Source: Marsupella aquatica (lineage: Eukaryota > Plantae > Marchantiophyta). From it: a stretch of 64,000 nucleotides of DNA. The notes below the pieces were generated by a model that saw only the letters and a program-made list of their open reading frames with translations, did no database searches and had not been told where the DNA came from. The DNA lies in contig OZ316896.1 in assembly GCA_973895155.1 (NCBI GenBank), positions 434,001-498,000 of the forward strand, in the 5' to 3' direction. Made by a program: the position numbers and the translations under genes. Positions 12,248-25,617 of this stretch are shown piece after piece. The stretch's first letter is position 1; each line of letters opens with the position of its first letter.

Positions 12248-15200
12248 AAACTGACTTTGGTGTCAATATAGCCATATCCACAATCATTCTTCCTTTGTTC
12301 ATGATGAGGTATGGTTTGCTTACTTTGCCCAATAATTACTTTCAGCCATGGAAGATATATGTTATCAGATCTACAATAAACCATTCTAGGCCTTAACCCC
12401 TTGTCTCAAGAAAGAGGGGATTAAACATATGTTTGACAATTAATCTATAAATTAATGGGGGGGGGGGGGGGGGGGGGAAGTAAAATACGTACCTGATGTA
12501 GAGTGATCAGCAAACTTTGGACGAAGCCACTGCTTTGCAATCTATTTATAAAGTGTGATTTGCTGGGACCTTATATTGAAACTGTTTTCAACACTGGTTA
12601 AGTTTGGTGGAAAACAATGCTCAGGCCAAGCTGCAAAACACCGCTCATCAAAAAACAAATATAGAGACTGATGTCATTTGGGGGGAGCTAGATACTGTAG
12701 TTATAAGCAAATTAAAAATACTAAGTACAACGATCAGCGAGAGTAGACCATGTACATATCTTAGACAGTATAATGTATTATCAATAGCAACTAATTTATT
12801 GTGAATGCAAACTTCGTGTCAAGAACTAACCACTCTTGTAGACGCACACGTACTGTAATATAAAATGAATAAGTGCCTTAATTAAAAAAAACAGTATTTC
12901 AAGAGATTCCCATCTCCAAGTGCAGGTTGAGGTCCAGGGCACTTCCTCTTTCAAACAATTTCTCATCTTCAATTGCAGGCTTGGGATTGTAGATCTATGT
13001 ATGTTCGATGTTTGGTTTGGGGTTTGCTTTATGGAAATTAAATCTCCTCTATAACCATTAATGGAACAGCTGAGATACATAAGAAGGTACAAGGGGATAA
13101 ATGTTCTAATTAATTTGTGTAGTTTTACACTTAAATATTTAGAATAGTCTCAGGACTGCTTTGTGAAAAAGATAGTACTTTCATAGGTTGGTAAGTGATT
13201 TGAGCATTCAATTTGTTGGAAAGCATTAATCCTCTTGAGATCACCAAGAACAGAGTGAAGTAGGCTAATTCATCAATGCTTGCCTTGCCTCATATTCTTT
13301 AGTTGCCATAGACTCTCTTTCCATTCTTCCCCATTGCCACCCCAACCCCCATTGTGGCAGAAAAGGGAGCCAACAAGGAAGTGTATGGCTACAGGAACAA
13401 TATACATTCTTCATGAAACCCCCATTTGCCAAAATGGGGGTAGGCTGTGAATGGAAAGAGCACCTTATAATCCACTTTTCTCCCATTTTGTTAGACTTAC
13501 AGCGACTCATTGGACACTGCTGCTAGCTTCTGGTTAGGATACAAGTCCATCTTGGGTGTTTGTCATGTTTTAGGGACTCCCACAAGACCAGGGCGTGTGA
13601 CATCAAACAGAAATAAAGTGCTGGATTGACAATACAGGCATAGATGAAAAACATCCCATCAGTGCCACTTGAGAGATTGAAACATGCGCCAATCCAGGTC
13701 CCCAAAATTGCTTTGATATGCATATGTTCAAAATATATGATCACTTGTATGGGCAGAGTCTACAGGGTCTAAGTATATTCTCTCAGGATGAAAGGCGGGC
13801 CCTGCAGTGTTGCACTATGGAATAAGGGTTTGCTTATGCACTTTCCCCTATGTGCAATTGTTTTAATTTATAAATTGACATGCATGGTAACTTACAGAAT
13901 CCTATCAAGGTGCAGTTTTGACTAGTGCTCTTCTCAACTATGTACTTCCTTTGAAAATTTCCTCCATTAGTTGCATCATGAAATTCAATCTGAGAACATG
14001 CAACCTCCACTGTCGTTCATACCAGATAGAAGATCTGATCACTCCAGACAACTAGAGGTAAAACCTGACTTGTCTGGTCACTCCAGACAACTAGAGGTAA
14101 AACCTGACTTGTCAACTCCTTGCAATGTTTTTTCTTTGACAACTCTCAGTCTTTTCAAATTCGATTATGTTATCTACAGTACTGTAGCTGAGCTTACTGA
14201 GTACCGCAGTGACTATCAGGTTCTCTCATGCCCAGAGTGAAGCCATAATATTTTTATTTTCCAAATTATAGCAACAATGCAATAAATATTTTATCTAGAT
14301 TTCAAATTTTCTATCATTTGAAAATATTGTTATGACTGTTATATTCAGAAAACACTTTTTCTGTTGAAGTAGGCTGCTAACACATGTTTTGGCTAGGTGT
14401 CAACAAAAGACTGGCAAAGTAGCCTAAGTAGCCTGAGAAACCTTTTTGGCTGGGACATTATTTAATGGCCTGCAAAAGTCTAGAAGCAAGTTCAAATATA
14501 GGTTTAGTAAAGTCCTGCAAACCTACGGCAATAGAGTGTCAGCTAGAATAGGTCAAAAACGGAGCTAGAATAGGTCAAAAACATTTTGCAGGTCAGTTTC
14601 TGCAGAGAAATGTAAAACATGTTGTGGGTGCAAATCCAATGTCTGACACGCTCTACTTGGGGCTCCTAAACCCTATACCCCAAGCTTCCATGGTTCCATT
14701 TCCCTTGCCGAGTACAGTGTAAAGTCGCAACTTTCTCGATAAAGTCATAGAAGAAAAGAGGAATTGTGAAGACCTTTTCTTTCCCAACCGCTGTAACTCA
14801 GCAATAGGATCATATAAATTAAATCAGTCTGTTTGCAGCAGCTCTTCGACATATCTTCGGAAGCTTGGGATGATCCATAACTTATTGTTGACTGGATTCT
14901 TCATACATTGAAGGAATTTGGGCCTGAATTTGGGGGCGTAGTGGAAAAAAGTGTTGGTACAACAAGAATGGAGTGTGCAGAGAAGTTCATAAACATTCTG
15001 TACATACTCTTGTTAACAAAATATGTATGGTCATGTTCCCCGTCATGCTGTTGTGTCAAAAAGACTAGACACCAACTTATCTACAACTATAATAAGTGAT
15101 CCCGCCTTTTTTCGTCCTTCATCCCGTTATGAAATACAGAATTGACGGGAATCAAAACTGGCCATTAGATATTTTAGAGGATTTTTGTATCCATTCGATT

Positions 15201-18009
15201 CGATTACCACTTGCCCTCTCTTGCCTCTCAGCAAGGGGGTATGATGGCAACTCATCCCCGCACTGGGAGGTACTTTCTCTAACAATTAAATATTCTGACA
15301 CATATATATACGCCATTAGATTTTCTGAGATTAAAGGAGAATTGTGAGCCCTGGTTATTAGAACCCCAAGTCAGGTACATATTTGGCAAATCTCCTCTCA
15401 AAATCTGGTATCTATTTCTTTGTACTTGTTGCCAGCACTATTTCAGGTAAGAATCTGGCAGAAAGGCTGGTGCTAAACAAAGCTTTGAATAAAACTTCCA
15501 CTGCAAAGAATAATTTATTTCACAGACATTTGTAAATTAATATAAATTGATAGAACTTGTGTAAGGTACGTGTAGAATATAGAGCTCATAACATTGCCTC
15601 AACAGATAAATGTTAGACAGTGTCAAAATATGAAATGCCCCAGAACTCTGTGGAACCCATTGAGTGAAATCATTGTCATGCCAATAAGGTTTGCTTAGTA
15701 AGTTGACACAATACTAATATGGTTGTTTGATGATGCTATTCATTTGCCAAAGGGAATGATCATCTAGGGGAAGGAGGGAAAACCAACCCAGCTGTGAATG
15801 CAATATATAAGCATTGCCAGAGCCCATCACCTATAGGTTAGATAAGTTAACAATGATACATATGTACATTGAGAGATACTTATTTTAGCCAGATTTTAGC
15901 ACGGTACATAGATGGAGAGGTTATCACAGGGAATAAATTATGATTGTTGGAAACTAATACTTTTTTCACATATAGATTTCATTGGTTTTGACTCAGTCTG
16001 TTCTTTCTCAGGACTTCTTCTGAAACCTGTGGTACAAGTACCAACAAATCTCATTGCACCGCTCTAGAAAATGTTGGTCCATCTCAGGCATTAATTGGTA
16101 GTTTCTTTAGTTTGGTTGTTCTAGGCAGTGCTTCTTAAGTGCCGTCCATGGCCGTCTTTGATTTGACTGAGGCAATTTTTCTGGAATACTTCTACCGTGC
16201 AACATTCTTCCCCATGATCAAATTGTTAGGACTTGACTCTAGTTTTTAACTGTAGTTAGTTTGACCTTACTAGGGTTGGTTAACCCTTGATAGATACAAA
16301 TAAAATTCACTTATTAGGTCCACACATCTTAGTCTCCCTCGGCCCCTTTGGGCAGTATACTTTGGTAGGAGTAAGAGTATTCTTTTTCCTCATTGTTCAC
16401 ATACTCTCTCATGACATGGATAATTAGGAGGTTCTCCATGGTGGTGTCTCTTTGGTTTAGTGTGTGAAGTACACTCTCAGTTTCTGTACATGCATTGTTT
16501 AGTCTGATCCTTCTGATTTCTTACTTAAATAACCAAGCAAACAACAACCAACTATTCAACAACAATAACACCAATTTAATAACCAGCCATTTACAAAGGG
16601 ACCAGCCCAAGGAATGTTAAAATTATTCATCTTTGGGCTTGAGAGTCATGAGGAGGGAGAAGGGACCCATGAGAGGAGGGAAGAGGGAGGGCAAATGAGA
16701 GGGCTGGGTTGGGGCAGAGAAGTGTGAGAGGAGAGGAGGGGAGTGAAAAGGGGAGGAAGAATTAAAAAAGGAAAACAAGAAAAAGAAAACCAGGGGACGA
16801 TAGAAAAGAAGTAGGACACTTGTGATGCAAACCCTCTCTAACAACAACAACATTTTACCCTAAACAAATACAAACTTAGCTTATAAGTGTAATTACATCT
16901 GTTTTGCAACAACAACATTGACCAATATGACAGCATTTCTACACCTAGCCAAAATGTCAGCATTGAGAACCTAGTTGAAATGACATTGGACTTCCACAAT
17001 CACAACACGGCCACACTAACAACCTAATCAAAACAACACAATAGAGTTGAAACAGTACTAGACTTCCGCAATCACAACATGATTGCACTGATAACCCAGA
17101 CCATAACCACAAAAGAGATGCAATAATAACTCCACCATATAGAAAACAAAGTTGCAATATTACTAAAGTTTGAGCAGTATTGACAAGCAAGCCACAATGA
17201 TAACTTACCTACAAGGTAAAGCATTGGTATTGGGGTTGATGATTACAAGATAGGGGTTTTCAAGATGCAAACAATAATTTTTGCCAGTGAGGTCATGGTT
17301 CTATATGCCATTAATGTTGGCTGAATTTTGAGTTGTAGTGCATTTGTATGACTCCACATGGTTTGCCAGCTTGCCTACAAAAATGATTGCAAAAATTGTT
17401 TGTGCAAACATCTTATACTTAAGGACATATTTTGTGTGACGATATATTTTACTAAATGACATCTTTTACACAATGACATCTTTGACTTAACCACGTGTTT
17501 TGGACAACACCATCTTTTACTTAACAACATTTTTGATGTAACAACATCTTCTGTGAAACTTATGCGAATTGAACTTGTTGATTGATAACTTGTGCATCCT
17601 AGAAAAATGACTAGGGGCCCCGCCAAACCCAATGGCATCCGCCATCTTACTTATAATGCGCCAAATACAAGCTAGAGTTTGGGCCTAGGCTTTGTGACGC
17701 CGGCAGCACGGCTGGAAATTAGTGATACGGCTTAAACCGTATGTAGTATGCATGATGTAAACGTAAAAGGCCATAGTTATGAGCATAATGACACTAGATT
17801 AGTTAGTCATGATGATTAGACTAGCTAAGTTTAGTAATGATTAGAGTTCACTCTTGGGTTAGCGGCGTAGCACCTATTGTACCGCCAGATTAGGAGTACA
17901 TTATGGCTATCAGTCTTGGGTCTGTATAACCAATCCGGAATCAAATCTGCGGCACACTCCGACTCAAACCAGAAGAGTAAGTGGTAAGCTTTGGGCGTGA
18001 TAGGCCTGA

Positions 18010-18062
18010 CCAATCACGAGCAAGAGGAGTCAAGTGTTTGATGCGCTGCGGAGGTATAAAAG
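18010..18062 (+). promoter_or_regulatory. CCAAT and TATA boxes upstream of the LTR-embedded ORF
   Basis: CCAAT at 18010-18014 and TATAAAAG at 18055-18062, then a pyrimidine-rich leader and ATG at 18180. Confidence 0.55.
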
Positions 18063-21058
18063 AGCGAGGTCTCCTTCCTCTACCTCATTAGTTCATTCCT
18101 TGCTCAAGCTTTGAGCTTATCACTCCTTGTTTCTCTGTTCCACACTCAACAATTCAGCCAGCCTTAGACAACTCACCATATGTCTGGTCCTATTCTATCC
18201 AGTTCAGCTGTCCATTTTTGGTACCAATTGCTTTCGGTAGGAAGCCATCTTGCTGCTTCACTGGCCAAAATTGACCCGCAGAAGTATGAAGCCGAGAAGC
18301 ATTACGAACGGCTTATTTGTCTGCTAGGCCGTTCACACTGGGTCAACCACCAATTTCGGCCTCCCATTCAAAAGCAAGTATTGCAGGGACGACGAGCTCA
18401 CCGAATTCTTTTTTGAAGGAAAAAAGTATATTGGCTTTAGAGAAGCCTTCTCCGCCTCCTTGGTGAAGTCTTTGGGATCCCCAAAATTATAGACTTGCAA
18501 TAACACCATTTTGATGACATACCCGCCAGGGTACAGTCATATGTCAACTGTAGATTATGCACGGCCCCAGACTTTGGCTTGACATCAGGACCCATAGTCC
18601 CCATGGCACCTCCTCTAGTGGCACCAGCGGCCAACTTTCCTGGGGATGGCCAAACTCAGAGGCCACCCCAAGATCCCTCAAGCCGCTCCCCACCACCGAC
18701 TGCACCACCCGTTTGGGTGAGGTCTGTGGTCAATGCAGTAAACTTGAGCTCGAAAGATGAGGAGGTCACCCCCCTCGTCCGCAACCCACCTGCTACTCAA
18801 CGATCCGTGGCGGGTACCACCCCAACTCCTCAGCAAGCGCAAACCCGAGAGGCAACCCCAATAGACACTAAGGTCATGATTGCAGCCCCGACACGCATAT
18901 TGATGGCGGTAGCAATACTGTCACCACCAGCGAGGGAGGAAGGAGAGTTATCACCCTTAGCAAGTCACCCCGGGAGCTGTTAGATATTGCTCTAGTCTTG
19001 TGACTCATGAGCTAACCACAGTTAGTCTAACTTGGGTTAGGACTTAGCTAATGTTAGCGGTAGTGTTGTTGTGCATATAGCCAGGGCTGATGCCAGACCA
19101 TGGTGGAACTTAGGCTCATTGTTACGGAGCTAGTTGAGAGATAGGGAGAGCTTGTGCTGTGGAAGCTTGGTATGGCCGGTCGGCCTAGAGTGCAGTAAAG
19201 CTCTTGTGTGTTCCCGTGGACGTAGCCTCATGTGGAGGTGAACCACGTATCTCTCTGAGTCGACTCTTGTGCGTTGGATGGTTCATGGGCTTGCCGTTAC
19301 GAATGTCGTCTATGCTCAACAAGTGGTATCAGAGCATGCCTGGGAGGTGACAAGGTTTTTTCGTGACAGGTTTTTTCCAGCGTTCATTGTCGATGGGACA
19401 TTCGGAGTTTCGTCGCATGAAACTCAAATGTGTGTGGCTGTGCGGATAGGTTAGTGAGAGGGCTTTCTAACCGTGGTTAGAACTCGCTGATCGGTATCCG
19501 TGGTGTGGAGGAATCGAAGCCTGCGTCGTTCAGGTTTTATTCGTGTTTGACGGGTTTTCGGGGGAGAGACCAGAGTTCGCATTTTTCAACGGTGTGAGCT
19601 ATGCGGTGCGGAAGGAATCGCACATTATAGCTCAAGTTGAAGGTTGAAGCGAGCTGGTTGTTTCGGTAGCTAGGTTGCTGCCGAGTTGTTACCGAGTGTG
19701 TCGTGACGAGTGAAGGAGGCGTTCAGGTTTTTACACAAGCTATGGAGCTTGTTCACATCTGAACCGGGTTTCCCTTCGTGACGTACGACTCGGTGGAAGA
19801 AACGTGAAGTGCTCCGGCTCAATGGATTGATCACGGCGAGACGGTCGTTTTGAGCCTGGGATTGGCACTTGACGTGGAGTGCAGACGACGCGGCGGAAAT
19901 TATTTACTCTGCTAGAGTTGCAGACTGTGCCGATGTAATTTGGCAACATTTCCCGTCGACAGCGGTCACTTTTCTCGTGTAAAAGAGCGGCGGATAAGGT
20001 GTGTACTTGACCTTTTTCTTGGGGAGGGTCAATTTTTGCCTTTAAAGGGGTTTAACATCATTCCCCTTTTTGTTTGTATACTGTCACACAATATACCCCC
20101 GGCGCCGAGTACAAGTCATCTCCCCCCTACCCCGCACCCCGTATTTGCAGGCGCCAAACGCCCTGCGCAGCGTCGGCCGGCGCATATGCTGCCGCCCGGC
20201 AACTGCTCGCACCCCCTCCCTTCGCGCTTATGCCCCTTTTCACGCCCCGGCCCCTTGTATCCCCTTTTTCCCTGGTACGCAACTGCATATGCAGCCGCGA
20301 TCCGGCTGCTGCCTGCGCCCCGCCCCTTTGAGCGTGTCGGCCATACGCCCTTTGGGCCGGCTCCGCTACGGCTCCACCCGCGCCTCGTGCCCTACGATTG
20401 CGACTCTGCCTGGCGGCGGTGTGCTCCTCGCCCTTGTATGTGCCAGCCTCTATTCCCTATATTCCTCCTGGCCCACCTCGCGTCGCCTATACAACGCGCA
20501 TGCGCCCTTTTTCTTTTTCTTATACAAGTATTTTTGTCATTAAGGGGCGTTTACACCCCTTTAGGGCCCATTTTTAGCCGTTCTTTTCTTCCACTTTGTT
20601 CTCCTTGTGCCGGGACCTGTCGCCCTCCGTTTTAACCGCTTGGATAGGGGGAACGGCCCCCTGTGAGCCCTGTCGGACTGTGTGGGAATATTCCCAAAAA
20701 ATAGAGAGCTGTTTTTTGGCCGTCCAACGAAGATTCCATCCGCCGAACGGTAACTTTTTTGGTTCTTTTTCGGCGAGGACGTTGCCATTGGAGTTAGCAA
20801 CGCGGCGCACCAATCACATCGCAATTCCGGCAACGGGTTGTACTGGGTATTTTGGTTATTCTCCGAGGAGGTCAAAATGGGGGAGTTTCCCAAGGTTTTA
20901 CCCACCCCGACCAAAATTTGAATAACTTTTTTGTCGAATTTTGATTTGGATTTTGGCTTTCAGTATTGGACTCCTAGCTTCATGGGCTACGCGGCGGTGT
21001 TGAGTTTTGAGTTTTATGAGAAGTTTCGAAAAAAGATGTTTTTTCGTGATTGTTTCAT

Positions 21059-22112
21059 ATGAGTGACTCGGAGGATACTGGAAGAATTGGCGTTGGTGGA
21101 GCTTCAAGAATGCGACGATCACACGGTGTCTGAGGAGGAGCTGCTACCGTTTGAGGAAGAACTAGTGACACTGGTACAATCACCAGTGCGGCGTGCAGTG
21201 GAGGAAGCTGTACTATTACCAGAGTTGTCGGTAGTAGGGAAGAAGAGGGAGATGGCTAGATTTGGAGGAGTGAAATTTGAGGTGGAGAAGTATGATGGTC
21301 GTACTGATTACTTGCTTTGGGAGAAGCAAGTAAAGGGTGTTCTTCGGGCCATGGGCTTAGCTCATCTGCTTTCATCGAGAGAGCAGTATGATGGAGAGGA
21401 GGAGATTTCTGTAAGACAGTGGAGACAGGAGCAGGTGATTGTTGTTAATGCAGTGATGCTATATCTCAAGCCGCACATCATCAAGCAGCTGGATGATTAT
21501 GTGGATTGCGCGTCACTATTCAAGGCTCTAAGAGAGAAGTACTACCGGGAAGATGCGTCAGACCGGCTGTACAATAAGTCTCTCTTGATGAGCCTCAGGC
21601 TCAAGGAAGGGAACAAGTTGCAGGATCACCTGGATGAGTTTGACAGTCTTGCAGTGGATCTGTCAAACCTGGGTAAGGGAGTTGAAGATGAGGATAAGGC
21701 CTTGCTTCTGCTAAGCTCCTTACCGCCGTCATATCAGGGCTTAAAACAGGTGCTCTTATACAGAGATTTGAAGTCCATTTTGTATAATGAGGTGGTGAGC
21801 TCTTTACTGTCTGATGATGCTCAAAAGAAGTTGGGTCAATCACAGAAAGCATCTTCTTCTGGCACTGCGTTGAACGTGAACCGTGGGAGAGCAACGCAAC
21901 GCTCAAATGGACAGAACAGGTTTAGATCTTCATCACGGGGGAGATCTAAATCCAGAGGGAAATCGCAAGAGAGGAAGCCTCTTGCATGTTGGAAATGTGG
22001 CAAGCCTGGCCACATGAAGAGGGATTGTCGAGTAAAGGACCCTACTGCATCTGCCAACGCGGCATCGAGCTCGCATGAGGTAGATTTACTCGACGATGAT
22101 GACATATTGTGA
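21059..22112 (+). CDS. gag: copia Gag of element A (zinc knuckle CWKCGKPGHMKRDC), ending in TGA
   Basis: KFEVEKYDG, LLLSSLPPSY and CX2CX4HX4C. The ATG at 21059 (MSDSE, homologous to element C) is frameshifted relative to the main ORF. Confidence 0.85.
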
Positions 22113-22144
22113 TGCCAAGGTTTTGCTCTCAACGTAGTGTCAAA

Positions 22145-22450
22145 CCCGGGGTCCTCACTTCTTTTCTTCCGACCCATCACGCGTGAATAAGTATAGGGTT
22201 TTTTTATTGGGTTTAGTGAAATACTTTTAAATTTTTGTTGAAGAACATTAGGGTTATTTTAATCCAATTTTGAGAATTATAAGAATCATAGGGTTTTTTT
22301 AAATCAAATATGGAAATATTCTTGGAATTTTCCATTAAGTTAGGGGTAAAAAATTCCTTAAAAAAACTTTATTGACTTAACTTTTAGGGTGTTTATTCCC
22401 CCAAAACTTCAAGCGTGATATGGGACACCCCTTGGATTGAGGCCCCCGAG
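22145..22450. mobile_element. 306-bp MITE inserted at the gag/pol junction of element A
   Basis: 8-bp TSD gtgtcaaa at 22137-22144 and 22451-22458. TIRs cccggggtcctca / tgaggcccccgag match at 11 of 13. AT-rich interior, homologous to 49653-49936. Confidence 0.9.
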
Positions 22451-22458
22451 GTGTCAAA

Positions 22459-25400
22459 TCCAGGTAGTGATGACTGGATTCTAGATAGTGCATGTACTTT
22501 TCACATTTGCTCTAGGAGAGATTTTTTCAATTCTTACACGGATTCCAACGGTTCAATGTTGATGGGAAATGGAATCCCATGTCAAGTGGTTGGACTTGGA
22601 TTTGTAAGATTTCAGATGTTTGATGGTGCTGTGAGAACGTTGAGGAATGTGAGACATATTCCCAGCATGATGAAAAATCTCATTTCACTTGGAGTTTTAG
22701 AAGAAAATGGCCATCAGTTGATTTCTGCTAATGGTGTCCTTTAGGTTTTAACTGGTACTAAAATTGTATTGAAGGGAAATAGACATAGCAATCTATACGT
22801 TTTGGAGGGCAGTGTAGTTTGTGATGAAGCCAATGTAACCTTATCTCATGAGGAGACGGCCCGGCTGTGGCACTTCCGTTTGGGCCACATGAGTGAAAAA
22901 GGTTTGGTTATTCTTCAGAAGAAAGGATTACTTTCTAATTTGCAATCTTGTAAGTTGGAATTTTGTGAGCACTGTGTGCTTGGGAAGCAGCACAGGAAAC
23001 CCTTCGGAGTTGGAACTCACACCAGCAAGGAGGTACTTGAGTATGTACATAGTGATGTGTGGGGTCCAGCCCCTACTCCCTCACATTTTGGACGGTTATA
23101 CTATGTCACGTTCATAGACAATTACTCAAGGTATGTGTGGATATACTTTCTACACAATAAGTCTGATGTTTTTGCCACTTTTAAGGAGTGGAAAGCCCAA
23201 GTAGAGAATCAGACTCGTAATAAGGTGAGATATCTTCGATCGAATAATGGCGGAGAATACAGTTCTAGTGAATTTGGAACGTATTGTAAGGAGTAGGAGA
23301 TTACCCGCCATCTCACAACAAGTTATACTCCTCAACAGAATGGTGTTTCTGAGAGACTCAACCGAACACTATTGGACCGCTCGAGGAGTATGTTGAGTCA
23401 ATCATGCTTACCACATAAGTTTTGGGCTGAAGCTGTCAACACTACAGCTTATTTGGTAAATTTTTCTCCATCCAGTTCTATTGGATTCAAGACGCCATTT
23501 GAAATGAGGTTTGGGCGTCCAGTAGATTACTCACATCTGAGGATTTTTGGATGTGATGCTTATGTGCTTACACCTTCCCAACTTTGATCCAAGCTAGGGT
23601 CCAAGTCAAAGAAGTGCATATTCCTTGGCTATCAGAAAGGTGTGAAGGGTTATAGGTTATGGGATCCAGTAACCTGTAAACTAATTGTCAGTAGAGATGT
23701 GTCCTTTAATGAATCCAGATCATCAAAGGAGGGGGAGAGTTCTCAGGACTCCCATACTGACAAGGGGAAATCTCCCATCCCGAACCGGGTTGAGGGGGAG
23801 ATTAGTCATGATGTTGTTCATGACAGGAGAGATGGAGAAGCTTCGGGCTTGGAGTTGGTTCTTGTGATGGAACGAGAGGAGCAGATTATTGTTGGGGTAC
23901 CTCAAATTCAGCCAGCAGCAACAGCAGATCAGCCTGAGTCATCTACTAGAAGAACTTCCAATCGTTCTACTAGAGCTCCTACCAGGTATGGTCAATGGGC
24001 AGACTCATCTAAGCTAGATGATATTGACATTGCACCTGATGATGATGATGATATGATGGAGAACCTTCTTCATATAGTGAGGCTTGTGCTTTAGAGCAGA
24101 AGCATGAGTGGAATTCAGCAATGCAGAGGGAGTTGCAATCTTTGAGTGACAACAAGACTTGGGAGCTGGTGGAGCTTCCAAGAGGTCAGCAAGTGGATTT
24201 ACAAGTTGAAGGATAGTCCTTCAAAGGGTGGAGACAATATCTACAAGGCAAGGCTTGTTGCCAAGGGATTCACTCAGGAGAAAGGAGTGGACTATAATGA
24301 GGTCTTTTCACTGGTGGCTAAGTATTCCACTATTCGGATCTTGTGTCAGCTTGTTGTGTTTTTTGGTCTGGTGATGGATCAAATGGATGTTGTTACTACT
24401 TTTCTCTATGGTAACTTGGAAGAGTTGATCTTCATGAGACACCCACTAGGCTTTATGAAGAAGGGCCAAGAGAACTTAGTTTGCAGATTGCTCAAGTCCT
24501 TGTATGGATTGAAGCAATCTCCCAGACAGTGGAACAAGCGGTTTGATGATTTCATGCTTGCTCAAGGTTTTACAGGATGGTCTATGATCCTTGTGTGTAT
24601 ACAAAATCAGTCAAGAATGATGTATTTGGTTTCATTATTCTAGTGATCTATGTGGATGACATGCTGATTGTGGCTAAAGATCAATCTGAGGTTGACAGTC
24701 TCAAGGCAAAATTGAGTGCTGAATTCAGGATGAAGGATCTTGGAAAGGCCAAGAGGATCTTAGGGATGGAGATTTTTAGGAACTCTGATACTGGAGAGTT
24801 GTGCTTGAGTCAAGGCCAGTATGTGAGGAAAGTACTTGCACGATTCAACATGGAAAACTGTAAGCCAGTGAGTATTCCATTAGCTTCACATTTCGAGTTA
24901 TCATCGGCTTTCTCTCCTACGGATGCTGTGGAGAAAGGTCTGATGGCTAAGATTCCTTATGAAAAGGCAGTAGGCAGTCTAATGTATTTGATGACTTGTA
25001 CTAGGCCTGACTTGGCCCTAGCGATGGGCAAGGTTAGCAGATTCATGTCAAATCCAGGGAAGGTACACTGGGAAGCTGTGAAATGGATTCTCAGGTATGT
25101 GAAGGGAACACAGGACTATGGATTACTATTTGATAACAGATCAAATAGAACGTTAGTTGGCTATGTAGATTCTGACTATGAAGGCTGTCTGGATACAAGG
25201 AGGTCTACAACTGGGTTTGTATACACTCTTGGAGGAGGATGTATCAGTTGGAAATCTACCTTGCAGAAGTGCATTTCTTAGTCTACTACAGAATCAGAGT
25301 ATGTTGCAGCAGCAGAAGCAGCAAAGGAAGCGATTTGGTTGGACAAGTTGATCGCGGAGATGGGTTTAGAGCATGACAAAATGACTCTAAACTGTGATAG

Positions 25401-25617
25401 TCAGAGTGCTTTTCACTTGGCTGCTAACCAGGTGATGGATAGCAGGGTGAAGCACATTGATATCAGGTACCATTTTATCAGGCAAGCAGTGTCTGATAAA
25501 ACTTTTGAGCTAGTCAAGATTGATGGAAAGCTGAATCCCGTTGATGCCTTTACCAAAGTGATTCCTTTGGAGAGTTTCTCAAGACACCGTGCTACTTTGC
25601 AGGTTTTGCAGTTGTAG
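22459..25617 (+). pseudogene. pol: copia Pol of element A (PR, IN, RT, RNase H) with stops and frameshifts
   Basis: WILDSAC, WHFRLGH...CEHC, VHSDVWGP, YKARLVAKG, YGLKQSPRQW, YVDDML, KHIDIRYHF. Confidence 0.95.

Noticed and set aside
12457-12477. Poly-G run after the AGO stop (also ~39893-39907)
   Set aside because: Simple homopolymer of unreliable length; no evidence of function.
2145-14115. Short two-copy direct duplications (~2145-2215, 6276-6360, 14038-14113; also 28955-29115)
   Set aside because: Ordinary local tandem duplications with no further structure.
19940-20635. 231-aa and overlapping Pro/Arg-rich ORFs in the copia A leader
   Set aside because: GC-rich low-complexity tract open in several frames, with no ATG start and no counterpart in element C.
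20561-20914. Antisense ORF shared with 59960-60184 as a real gene
   Set aside because: No ATG start; the similarity is explained by nucleotide conservation of the leader. Kept only as a note in the leader finding.
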